DNA of 64,000 nt, taken from positions 2,728,001 to 2,792,000 of the forward strand of contig NC_043020.1 in the NCBI RefSeq assembly GCF_006345805.1, written 5' to 3'. The translations under genes and the position numbers were made by a program. The notes beneath the pieces are model-generated. The model was not told the origin of the DNA and made no database searches. It worked only from the letters and a program-made list of their open reading frames with translations. Every line of letters begins with the position of its first letter. Position 1 is the first letter of the stretch. Below, piece after piece: positions 34,150 to 46,925 of the stretch. Source of the DNA: Octopus sinensis (taxonomy: Eukaryota).

Positions 34150-34330
34150 TATTATTTTAAAATATAATCAAATGAGTCAACTCTGTTTTGTAAAACGATG
34201 GCGACACTTTTCTATCGATTCACTCAGAATTTTTTGCATCCAAGCAAACGTTTCCATCTCACTAGCTCTAATATAAGGATGCTCATTTTGGCAGTTTCCA
34301 TAGGATTACTAATATAGTATGAGTAGAATA
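34150..34330 (+). promoter_or_regulatory. Candidate promoter / first exon of the downstream gene
   Basis: Unique, locally CpG-richer stretch with a YY1-like aaaacgATGGCG motif at ~34192-34203, tgagtca at ~34173 and a donor-like gtatga at 34317. Confidence 0.3.
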
Positions 34331-36684
34331 TGTATGGTTCCAGTAATAGCGTTGATCATGGTAATCTTTTACAGGGTCTAGAGGAGTTATACCATTATCG
34401 TATGGAACCGTTCTAACCTTTCTCAAGGCGATGTTCATGTCTACAACGATGTCGACTCCAAGAACGACGAAAATACATTTAACATTTCATGTTCTAAATG
34501 TTTCATAAAACTCTGCTCAAAAATAACATACAGAACCTAATATATAAACTTTAATTTTAAGCTATTTATATTTTCTGTGTAGGCATTTTTTGCTTTTAAA
34601 ACGATGTACTAGAATACATAATTACACTGTATATGAATAATTTTTATTGTCAGTAAATTTTCCAATGCATATTGCCATATTTGTGGTACTATATTAAAAA
34701 AAAAGTTTTTTTTTTCTGTCAGATGCAAAATAAACAGGAAAAAAAATTAGTAAAGTCACATGCGCTTTGTCTTTGAAACTCCAGCTAGCTTGATGCAAAA
34801 ATTTGGCCTACATCTTGGAACATGCCTTCTTTTAAGACAACCATCATGGCACCATTTCATTCCTCCTAATTTCGAGCTGGGGGGAATCGTTAGCGCGTCG
34901 GACAAAATACTTAGCATCAGTTCTGGCTTTTAACGTTCTGAGTTCAAATCCCACCTAATTCGACTTTGCCTTTCATCCTTTCAGGGTCGATAAAATAAGT
35001 ACCAGTTACGCACTGGGGTCGATGTAATCGATTTACTCCTCTCCTCTAAACTGGCTGGTTTTGTGCTAAATTTCTTTTTTTTTACTGTTCTACACATTCA
35101 TAACATGTTTAGAGAATGTTGCCCGTGATTGAGGGAAGCCATTTTTCTTGTTGAGATATTTCTTGAAGGGAAATAACAGCCAAAAGAATGCCAAGAATTT
35201 ATGACGCAACGTCAAGAATACAAAGGTTAGAATTGGGTCCCTAAGCCTGTGAGATTCCCGGGATAACTGCCCAATGTACCCATACTTTAAGACGGATCCG
35301 TGCCTAATCTAATAACAACCATTCAGTACGAGAATTACCCAAGCAACACACAGCTGAGTTCACAACATACGCTAGGGCCTTAAAAAAGGGGCATATTGAA
35401 TAATGTGACCCTTGATAATGCCATATCTTTTTATCTTTTATTTTTTACTTGCTTTAGTCATTAGATTGTGGCCACGGTGCAGCACTGCCTTGAAGGATTT
35501 TTAGCCAAACAAATCACACGTTGTTTTAAAGCCTGGTACTTATTCCATTGATTTAAGTTATGGGGACGTAAACGAACCAAGTCTGGTTACCAAGCAGTGG
35601 AGGAAGAAATACAAAGGCATACACACACATATACTTATATGTATGCATATACAAAGAGATTCCACACAGTTTCCATCTACCAAATTCTCTCACAAAGCAT
35701 TGATTGGACCGGGGTTATGGTAGAAGACACTTCCCCAACGTGCTGCTCAGTGGGTGTGAACCCGAAACCGCTTCTTAATTGCATAGCCGTGCCAATGCCT
35801 AAAAGAAGAAAAATACCGGATGGCCACGGCCGGAATACATATGATCATAAGTTTGCAGGATCAGAACAGACCTGAGCCTAAATTACAAGTTTTATTTTAT
35901 TTTCACCTTGTATTTTCTTTTTAACAGTTCTTTCACTTCTTTAATGAAATATTCAAAGTTTTTTCTTAAAATAAAAATAAATAACTTCTTTATATTCATT
36001 AAAAAATTTCCAGAATATAGTCGACCATTGAAGACAGAAAAGATTTCATTCAGTCATTGAGAGCAGCAGACGACAAAGAACGTCGTCTGCTGCGATAAGA
36101 CGCTCGCTTCACACACGGAACACCTTCTTTCTCTTTATCCTTTTCTCTCTCTCTCTCTCTCTATACACACACACATATACATACGTATGTTTATGTATAT
36201 ATTGTGTGTGTGTGTGTGTGTGTGTATGCGTGCATCAAGTGTATGTGTGTGTGTATGCGTGCACATATGCACATACATCAACAAATTATTTCGCTAATAC
36301 ATATATATATGTGCTTTCACACACACACACACACTTTCTCTCTCTTTCTCTCCCTCCCTTTTTCTTTCCCTCTCTCTCTCTCTCCCTAACTTTTCCTCTC
36401 CCTCACTATCTTTCCTTCCCTTTTCCCTTCCCCCTCTCTCTCTCCCTAGCATTTCCTCTCCCCCTAGTTTTTCCTCTCCCTTTTCCTTCCCCCTCTCTCT
36501 CCCTCCCTCTCTCTCCCTCTCTCTTTCTCTCCCCCTCTCTCTCTCATACTCTTATATACATCCATTCTTCTCCCTGATGAATTAATATAAACACCGTGAA
36601 ATCCTGACTGGAAGAAGAAAGACCGACAAGAAACAATCTGATAAGCTCCACATCTCAGCCTAGACATATACAGATACTTATAAC

Positions 36685-36724
<40 letters not shown>

Positions 36725-36894
36725 TTACAGCCATTGTTACACAAACTGCCACACGCACAATACCAGACGAATTGAACAACGAAGATCAAATGTGAAACCT
36801 CGAATCAAAGACCCAGTTTTTTTTTTGTCCCCTTGATCCCTACAAACTTTTAAAACGTCAAAGTAAGTTATACGTCCTCTCCCTCTTCACCCAC

Positions 36895-37016
36895 CATCCA
36901 TCTGTCTGTCTGTATGTCTGTCTGTCTGTTTACCTAACGATCTATACATCTATCCATCTATCTGTCTGTCTATCTATCTATCTGTCTGTCTTTCTGTCTG
37001 TCTGTCTGTCTATCTA

Positions 37017-37047
<31 letters not shown>

Positions 37048-37148
37048 GTCTGTCCGTCTGTCTATCTGTCTGTCTGTCTATCTATCTATCTGTCTGTCTG
37101 TCTGTCTGTCTATCTGTCTGTCTGTCTATCTATCTGTCTGTCTATCTA

Positions 37149-37179
<31 letters not shown>

Positions 37180-37220
37180 GTCTGTCTGTCTGTCTATCTG
37201 TCTGTCTGTCTATCTATCTA

Positions 37221-37251
<31 letters not shown>

Positions 37252-37280
37252 GTCTGTCTATCTATCTGTCTGTCTATCTA

Positions 37281-37311
<31 letters not shown>

Positions 37312-37352
37312 GTCTGTCTATCTATCTGTCTGTCTGTCTGTCTATCTATCTG

Positions 37353-37391
<39 letters not shown>

Positions 37392-37404
37392 GTCTGTCTA
37401 TCTA

Positions 37405-37435
<31 letters not shown>

Positions 37436-37440
37436 GTCTG

Positions 37441-37484
<44 letters not shown>

Positions 37485-37540
37485 ACTATCTATCTATCTA
37501 TCTATCTATCTGTCTGTCTGTCTATGTATCTATCTATCTG
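36895..37540. repeat. Compound (TCTG)n/(TCTA)n tetranucleotide array of about 640 bp
   Basis: Directly visible. Confidence 0.95.
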
Positions 37541-37924
37541 ATCAAAGCCTTATGCCTGGATTTGGTAGATGGAAACTGAAAGAAGCCTGTCATATGTGTG
37601 TATGTCATTATTCAGTTTATTACAAGATTTCTTGTCAATAGAGAAAGAACTGGTTTTTAACCTAGATCCAAGGCTCCTTCATTGGAATTTCAACATCAAC
37701 AACAGGGTATTTTTGTTTGTTTGTATGTATGTATGTATGTATGTACGTATGTATTTTTGTTTTTATGTATGTATGTATGTATGTATGTATGTATGTATGT
37801 ATGTATGTGCAGATTTGTATGTTTTATATATGTATTCTCATGCATGTAGTTGCATATCTAGACATGTTCATATATATTTAAATCATAAACTTTTGGAAAG
37901 TTTTACAGATTTTTACAGTTCCAG

Positions 37925-38222
37925 TGATGGATTGGATCCGTAGTCTTTGAATTACCTTTCTCCTGGTTTTGAGAAGCCTATTTTCTCAAGATTGGTATTT
38001 AGGCAGTGTGTTACATATCCCAGGGCCCTAATAATTACAGGTATAAACCTGAACTTGTAATCAGGCTAGAGTAACTGCAGATTTCTCAATAGTTCAGCAT
38101 AGGTCTTCTCTTTTTCACTGATCTTCAGCTTTATGTTAACATCTGCTCAGCAGCTAATTTCCTCAACTGTGCACAGTTTCTCTTTATCCTAAATCATTAT
38201 ATCAGGTCTGCTGTGCCCAAGA
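37925..38222 (-). mobile_element. RLE-type non-LTR retrotransposon endonuclease remnant
   Basis: Minus strand reads HSRPDIMI*DKEKLCTVEEISC...KISEKEKTYAELL...FIPVIIRALG (PD..E..K..KY-like motif). Confidence 0.7.
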
Positions 38223-39414
38223 GTGTAGTGGTGCCTCTTACATGTCAGATGCCTTTGTGTGTCACCAGCATGGGTGCCTTCTAAGTGTCTCTGGCACAGG
38301 TGCCTTTTACATTACAAAAGTTCTTTAGGTATAGCGGGAAACAAGACTGTATATTACTGCCACTATGGAATCAATCGAGGTAGAAGAGACCATCTGGATT
38401 AAAATGAGCCTATGCTAGTGAATGTCAGGGTTAAAATTAGCTTAAGGTGGGCCCAAATTCGCATATACGACCCATGGGGGATGTTTTGAGCCATTTCCTT
38501 GCGATAAAGTGCATCTTATATACCATCAAATACATTAATTCCAACTATGTCACGGTTACAATTAGACAATAGTTTTGGCTTGCTTGGACTTTGGTTACAG
38601 TTATTTTAGCCTGTTTAGTATTTAGATTTCACAGGTTTGACTCGGTATGAAAGAGGTCATAATTTAAACTCTTTAGCTCCAAGATGATTTAAGAAGTTAA
38701 CTAATGTACCATAAATATTGCATATATATTCTTTGATAGTGTACAAGTATATAGGCAAACTAACTTTTATGTCATGCAAGCCAGTCAAGATGGACACTTA
38801 TGTTATCTAAACAATTACTATGACTGGACACATTTTTGAGGATAATTAAAGAAAAAAATCATTATTACTTTAACCATCTCATGGTCCATAAACGATTAGA
38901 TTGTATAATATGTATGGAGATGTGATCTTAGATTCCATCTACATGTAGTGAGTGACTTTAATCGTTTGGAATTCAGATTATTCTGTCAAAAGTAATGTTT
39001 ATTTATTAAAATTGTTTTGAATTAATCCTGCATTATTTCGTAGGTGAAGATTTCGATGATACGATTGTATATATTTAGAATGACATTGTAGGGTATTTGT
39101 AAGAGGTCAGATCAGGCAGATTTGAACACAAAATTTTTGGGGCTGGACATGGCTGGTTTAATTGGGTTAAGGCAAAAATCAGGGTGACAGGACTCTTACC
39201 ACTTCCGAGAAAGATTGTAAGAGCTACAAAATATGGAAGTTAAGCTCATGTGAGCAACCTGCTTAAGGATCTCGAATTCATTGTTACTACAAGTAGACCT
39301 AGTATATCTAAGAGGCACATACGGTTCTACATACCCCTGTTCATTTCTTCTCTTCTGAAATCCGGAGCTGGTGAACAGAGAGGGAGACTGTCCTCTCAAC
39401 CAATATACTGCCTT

Positions 39415-39597
39415 GGATGCCATAGGATTAGGGACTCTGGTGATGATGCCATAGGATTAGGGACTCTGGTGATGATGCCATAGGATTAGGGACTCTGGTG
39501 ATGATGTTATAGGATTAGGGACTCTGGTGATGATGCCATAGGATTAGGGACTCTGGTGATGATGTTATAGGATTAGGGACTCTGGTGATGATGTTAT
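39415..39597. repeat. 29-bp tandem repeat x6 (cataggattagggactctggtgatgatgc)
   Basis: Units start at 39421, 39450, 39479, 39508, 39537, 39566; no spacers. Confidence 0.95.
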
Positions 39598-40150
39598 TTC
39601 ATGCTTCCCAATCCAAGGTGCTGGCCTTAGCATTCTTGAGGTCAAGGTGCTGCAACTTCAGGTCTTCCTAAATTTGTTTTGCCCATGTCTTCCTTGGTGA
39701 GCTGTACTGGATTTTCCAGTGCATGGGACACTGCTTCCACAGAAGTTGATGTGGTCATCTTCTGGTGTTCATCCTGCAGTTGTGGCCAAACCACTGTAAC
39801 CTATGCTGCCAGACTTGGTCTTCAATGGTCAACTGCTGGTGGCATTGATCCTGGATGTTGTTGTCTGAGATTCAGTCATGTAGAGCGACACAAAGGATCT
39901 GATAAAGACACTGCATTTGGAACACCTCAAGCTTGTTCAGGTCCCCATTTGAGGATGATCCAGGTCTGAGCACTGTAGAGGGTGACAGGCAGAACCAGTA
40001 TGTGAAAAAGATGGATCTTGGACTTTAGGGAGATGTTGGACTTCTTCCAGACACACCATTAAAGGGATACAAACACAGAAATTGCAGACCTAATTTAGCA
40101 GTAGAATCTCTGTTGTTCATTTAATTATCAGTAGTGATCAATGCTAGATA
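39598..40150 (-). mobile_element. RTE-clade LINE 3' fragment
   Basis: Minus strand VWKKSNISLKSKIHLFHILVLPVTLYSAQTW...KLEVFQMQCL.QIL...RLQWFGHNCRM. Confidence 0.85.
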
Positions 40151-40877
40151 TACCTATGAGCCAATGGGGGAGCCCCTGTGTGCTCTTTTGACCTGCTAGA
40201 AACATCAGTCAAATCTCCTTCAAATCTCACCTTGCCATCTTAGAACAGGACATAATTGAGAATGAGGCCTAAGTTCTCTGTACAAAGGTAAAATATGAAT
40301 ATTTTATGGAATTAATCGTAAACCTATTGGGTTATTCCTGAAAACTTTATCCGAAAAGCCTGTCTTGTGTCTGTATCAAAAGATAGTTGCTCACCTGCAA
40401 TTCATTGAAAAGTGAAGGAAATTGGAATACAACGATTACTTAATTCACTTTATATATATACTTTATGAGCTGGTCACACTAAGAATGTCTTTGATCATAG
40501 GTCTGCTCTAACCAGCTGACCTTTGGCTAAACAACAACAACCCCTAAATATATTTAGGAATGTTATCAGAAACAATAGGCTGATGTTCTTATAGTCATTG
40601 TTTAACTTCTAAGTCAGTCCTGAATGAGCAGACTTATGATCGAAGACATTCCAGCCATGGCCATCCCGTCTTTTTGTATGTATTGAACTATATTCTCCAA
40701 CATTTTCTTATTTTTATGATGTTAAGAAATAATTTGAGGGACATTTGGCTGCTATTTCTAACAGATGGACTATGTAAATACACCTTTATATAGCTCATTA
40801 GGCCAATGCATTTGTTCAGAGATGTGTTTATTATTTTTCTGTTTAAGATTATAAAAGAATTTTTTTCTTTTTTTCAG

Positions 40878-40968
40878 CTTATCTGGAAGACATTCAGGAA
40901 ACCTGCCTTTATACTTAAAAAAGCACAATGCTTCTAAATCACATTAAATCAAAAGATTTATTTTCCAA
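40878..40968 (+). CDS. IHO1-like first coding exon (ATG 40928, [13 protein letters not shown])
   Basis: ttttcag acceptor ending 40877, in-frame TAA upstream of the ATG, gtaagt donor at 40969. Confidence 0.7.
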
Positions 40969-43900
40969 GTAAGTTCCAGAGATAACATTTTTCCAAGATT
41001 TATTTATATGCATACACGAGTAAGTGCATGTTTATGAGTGCATATAAAAATGCTTGTGTGTTTTACTGTGCACCTGTTTATTATTATTATTATTGAGTGA
41101 GAGAGACCAGCACATTCTATCAAAGTGACACTGGGCTACAAATGTACGAAGCCCAATTTATCCATCATGGCTCCTTGCCTGATAAGGGTATACCAGGCAC
41201 ATGCATCACAACCATATTTACACATAGCTATGATGCTCCCACACTACTGCTTATGACCGGAGGTATACATATCGTTAGACACTAAGGGATATACTCAGCT
41301 GGTTAAGGTATTGAATTATTTGCTGTTGTCTGTCTTTTATACCAATACAAAATATGTACATGATAAGACTTCCAATTGGTTAAGATCACAAGCCATTTTT
41401 ACACGGCACCAGGATGGGTGCTTCTATGGGGCACCAACATGGATGGTTTTTACAAGGTGCCTACACAGGTGCTTTTTATGCAGCACCAGCACAGATACTC
41501 TTTACATGGATCCAGCATGGAAGCTTTTTAGGGGAACCAGCACAGGTGCCCTTTTTTACATGGCACCAGCATGCATGTAGAAATATACACATGCAGATAG
41601 AGAGGGAGTAAGAGAGAGAACAAGAGGGTAAGAGACATTATAATTTAACAAGTGCACATGATTGACATAAACACTTTCCCTCTCCTCATACACACAAAGT
41701 GAAATATACTCACACATATACTGAGAGAGAGAGAGGTGAGAAGGGAGGGAGAGAAGAAGAGAAATATCAAAATGTCTGTCAAATCATCGATGCCAAATAG
41801 GTGCCAAAATGTCTCTAGCCACAGTCTCATGCTGATTCAAGTATTGTTAATAAAATTGGGTTGACTGTTGCTTCTTTGCAAGATTGTCACAAGATTAGGA
41901 AGCATCGACCACAGTGACCCTTAACTTAATAAATACCAGCTCTCCCTCAGCCCCCAGATATTCATGAAACTTTTGTCCTCCCCACTCTTTTTTTATTTAC
42001 TGATAGATTGGTAGAATAGAGTTACATAATTCTTCTTTCTTCACTATGGTGATTTATAAGTCGAAAAAGTTTAAAATGGTCTTAATTTTATTGAAAATAA
42101 ATTCAGTCATTTGCGGCCCTCAATGGATGGTGAAAAGGGCTGCTCTTATCCCCTGTGAGATCAGTTTGGGCTGTGTCTAGAATGACCACAGCCCAATGAC
42201 TGAAGCAAGTAAAAAATAAGAACCATTTTTATAAACAATTCCAAAATATTAAAACTTTTTCATTTCTTTTGCAGTTATTCAGATGAGAAAGGAGGAGAAT
42301 CAGGGTTTGGCAGTCAAAATTCTTTATTTCAAAACTCTGAAAATGACAATTATTCTCAGGACTTCCTTACTGAACAATATCCAAGTCAGGTAGCTGTCAT
42401 CATCATCGTCGTCATCACCAGTGTTATCATCAGTATTGTTAGTGTTGTTGTCATTGTCATCATCATCATCACCATGATCATCATTGTTGTGTTCACCAGT
42501 GTTATCATTATCATTATTGTCATCATCGTCATTGTTATTAACATCCTTATCATATTATGATCACATGTCGTTGTCATCATCATCATCATCATCATCATCA
42601 GTGTCACTATTGTTAATTATTATCTGTTTGGGGGTTTATTGCCTGTTATCATCTTTTCTCCAAGCTTGCATTACTTGAATGTGTCTGTAATATAATACAA
42701 TTCCATGTCTATATAGTCTGGTACCTGAGCAAATTGGCTACTTGTGATTCTTTCTACTATAATGAATCCAATATTTGGATGCATTATGAGTTTAATATCA
42801 TCAATATTTAAAGTATATCTCTCTCTATAATAAAGAGGTGAGCTAGCAGAATCCTTACCACAGCCGAGAAAATGCTCTTTACTCTCTTAATTCAAGAGCT
42901 GCCAAGGCCAACTTTGTCTCTCATCCTTTTGGGGCTGATAAAATCAGTAGCAGTCAAGTACTAGGGTTGATGTAATTGACTTTTGCCTCTCCCCTTAAAA
43001 TTACTGGCCTTGTGTCAAAATTAGAAAGAATATTTCTCACTCTCCGGCAGCATGTTGTGTCCTTGAGCAAGACACTTTACTTCATGTCTCATTACTCCTG
43101 TCCACTCAGCTGCAAAAAGGGAGTTGTACCTGTAATTCAAAGGGCCAGCCTTGTCACATTTTGTGTCATGTTGAATCACCTTCAGAACTGCATTAAGGGC
43201 ATGCTTGGTTGTGGAGTGCTCAGCCACTTTCCTATTAATTTCATGAGCAGGCTGTTCTGTTGATTGGATCAACTGGAATCCTTGCCACCAGAACTGATGG
43301 AGTGGTCAGCTGTTCTTTTTAATGCACACACACATATATAACTGTGAATAAAATATAGTCATCATCATCATCACTGTCATCATTTAGCAACCACGTTTTG
43401 CATGGATTAATAGATTTGGATGACTTGCTACAGTCAGAGTCAGCATACAGTCAAGGGGTTCTTGCCCACCTAGATTGGTGAGGGGCTTCATTCTGCACAT
43501 GTTTAATTTCTGGCTTAGTTCCTATGGCCGGATGACCTTCTTAACACCAACCCCTTTACGGAATGTGCTGGAAGCATTTTTTATTTTTTGGGGCATCAAC
43601 ACTAGACAGGTAACTATGTCCTCAACACAACTTAAAGGACCTCACAACCTCTGCTCTTTCACCAGTCTCTTTACAGAATGAGAAGCATGAGTGTTAGAGG
43701 CATCAATGACGATGATGAGAGGGATATGGAATTGGGAGAAGAGTGATAAGACTTCTTGGTATTCTAAGATATATTCAACCCTTCAGCATTTAAACTGGCC
43801 ATATCAGGCCCAAATATCCTACTTGTTTTATGTTAAAACTAGCCAGACTTATGATCTTGGAGAAGATGAAGATGAATACCAATGTCCCATGTGACAGGTT

Positions 43901-46893
43901 TGATAATTGCAGAGATTTCTCTCTGCATGAAACTAATGGTAGCCTCATTAACCCACAAATAAAGTATGTAGGAAATTTATGTAGACAGGGGGAAAAAAAG
44001 TCATATCTTGAAGATTAAGTTAAAGAATTTAAGTAAAACAAACTTATTAAAATTTCAGACCCCTTTTTTACTTTCAAGCCACACTTTATATTTTTTTAAA
44101 TTCTTTTTTATTTCCCTGTTTTAGAGTATGAGGGTGTACCAGAAATATATGTGTGAGCCTCCTTTGTACAAAGCTTCTAGTCAAATAGAACTATCAAATA
44201 AAACACTCCCGGTTTGTAATCCACTGGAACACAACAGAATGAAACCAAAGAATCAAGACGATCGGTATTAGTAAAGTTTCTTAAACATTCTTCCCTTTTC
44301 TAAGACCATTATTTTTAAAAAAAAACCTTTTCTTATCAATTCTGTAATTAATGAGTTTGCTAGAATTTTTTTCTTTAATATTTGAAGTGAATGCTTGATT
44401 GTTCTGTATTACAAAGAAGTAACAACAGTTTTCATTTCTTTTTAAATATATCCATGCAGACATGTTTGTGTGGTTAAGAAGCTCCCTTTGCAACCACATG
44501 GCTTTAAGACCAGTCCCAGTATGTGGCACTTTGCTGGTTGTGGTGGTTAAGCCTCAGGTTGGTCTTGATTGAAGCAATTTCTGCCCACTGAATTTCACTC
44601 ACAAGGCTTTGGATGATCTGAAGCTGTAGCAAAAAGAAAATGACTTGCCCCTAAAACACTCATCAGGACTTTCTGTATCAAACTCTGGTTCCAGAACTTC
44701 TTAGACCTTAGGAAAAAGATGGATGCCATTCCATGGAAACTTCATTTAATTTTCATAAAGGTGCACACACATTTCATCTTCCACCACCAGGTTGGAAAAA
44801 AACATATCTTCCTTAGCTTCAAATGATTCCTACAGGTCAATGCAAACTACCACACATCTCTCTTTCAAACTGGATATCAACTGTTGAGCTATCCATCTTG
44901 CATACTTTTCAACACCCAATGTCTTCCACCATTTTCTCTAATGCATTGTGACCCCAATCCAGTTGTGCAGCAAGTTCACATATTGCATGTCATCTGTATG
45001 CATGAATCATCTTTTTTCACTTCTTGGTGATTTGTGATGATTCATTCAAAGTTGATGGTTTCCCACCAAGTAGTTTGCCTTCAGTACTAGTTTCCCCTCC
45101 TTTAAACATTTTCATCAGTTTGTGCACATTGTACTTGTCAATGCCATCATCTTTTATAAACAACTTGTACAATCTTTTACATAGGGGTAGGAGTGGCTGT
45201 GTGGTAAGTAGCTTGCTTACGAACCACATAGTTCCGGGTTCAGTCCCACTGCGCAGCACCTTGGGCAAGTGTCTTCTACTATAGCCTCAGGACAACTAAA
45301 GCCTTGTTAGTGGATTTGGTAGACGGAAACTGAAAGAAGCCTGATGTATGTGTGTGTGTGTGTCTGTGTTTGTCCCCCCAACATCGCTTGACAACCAATG
45401 CTGGTGTGTTTACGTCCCCGTAACTTACCAGTTTGGCAAAAGAGACCGATAGAATAAGTACTAGGCTTACAAAGAATAAGTCCTGGGGTCAATTTGTTCA
45501 ACTAAAGGTGGTGCTCCAGCAAGGCCACGGTCAAATGACTGAAACGAGTAAAAGAGTAAAAGAGAATCTTCTGTGAACAGCCTGCGATGGCACAATGCTC
45601 CAGCTTGGAGCCCAAAATTTATCTGCAATGTAGAAGATCTAGAAGAAGAGTCCTTGACATCATCATCATCATCATCATCATCATTGGTACAGGTATGGCT
45701 GTGTGGTAAGAAGTTTGCTTCCCAACTTCATAGTTCCAGGTTCAGTTCCACCATGTGGCATCTTGGGCAAGTATCTTCTACTATAGCCTTGGGCTAACCA
45801 AAGCCTTGTAAGTGGATTTATTTGATGGAATCTGAAAGAAGCCTGTTGTGTGTGTGCATGCGTGTGTGTCTTTGTGTATGTGTTTGCCCCCCCCCCCCCA
45901 CCTCTGCTTGACTATTGGAGTTAATGTGCTTACTTCCCCATAACTTAGCAGTTCAGCAAAAGAGAGTGATACCGTAAGGGCCAGGTTTTACAAAAAGTAA
46001 TAAGTACTAGAGTCAATAAGTTCGACCAACATTCTCCAAGGTTGTTCCGCAGCATGACGGCAGTCTCATGACTAAAACAAGTAAAAGATAAAAAAAAATA
46101 GGGCAAGTGGGATTGAACACAGAATCATGTGAGTGCAAAACAAACTCCTTAACCACACACCCACGAGTTCTCATCATTGTTATCATTATTATTATTATCA
46201 TTTATGCTTTTTATTTTATTTTATCATCTATTTTACAGCCCCCTCATTAATACCATTGTAAATATTATGAAGGAGTCTTCAAATGAGGTCAGTGACCTTG
46301 TGTTTTATATTTTGAGTATGTGTAGGCACTGTGGCCTTTGTCATTGTTCTTGCTGCTGCTGTTGTTGTTGTTGTTGTTGTTGTTGCTGTTGCTGTTGTTG
46401 TTGTTGTTATTGTCTTTATTATGAAATGAGCTTTTGAATTAAAGTTTCAAGTTATTATTTATTGCATTGCACACAGACAATTCTCATACATTCCATGTTA
46501 TAATTGCTCCCATGCATGCAGGTCAAATAGGCTTTCATTACATTTTGGCTGTTCATTACCACCACCACCACCACCACCACCACCACCACCAAAACTACCA
46601 TTGCTATCAGCAGCAGCAGCAGCAACAGCAACATTTATCATCATCATCATCATCATCATCATGACCATCAATATGAAACAATGAGAGCACCAAAACCACT
46701 TCCACCTCTGTCACCACTGCTGCTACCACTGCTGCCAAACCCACCACCACCACCATCACCACCACTATCATCATCATCAACAACGCCATCATCATAATCA
46801 CAACACCAGTGACCCATCCCCATTAACAACAAGAACAGCAACAACAACATCCCAGTCCTTATTGTCATTATCACCATCTTCAAGACCATCACC

Positions 46894-46925
<32 letters not shown>

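Noticed and set aside
36574-36615. CTGATGA...GAAA hammerhead-like string
   Set aside because: No helix II can form, and the base after the putative helix III is A rather than the required U.
39415-39597. 29-bp direct repeats as a CRISPR array or interstitial telomere
   Set aside because: Units are contiguous with no spacers, there are no cas genes and the context is eukaryotic. TTAGGG occurs only once per unit.
43666-43742. Alternative phase 0-to-2 exon for the IHO1-like gene ([25 protein letters not shown])
   Set aside because: The donor is weak (gtgata). Exon 44125-44264 fills the same phase gap and carries family-like motifs.
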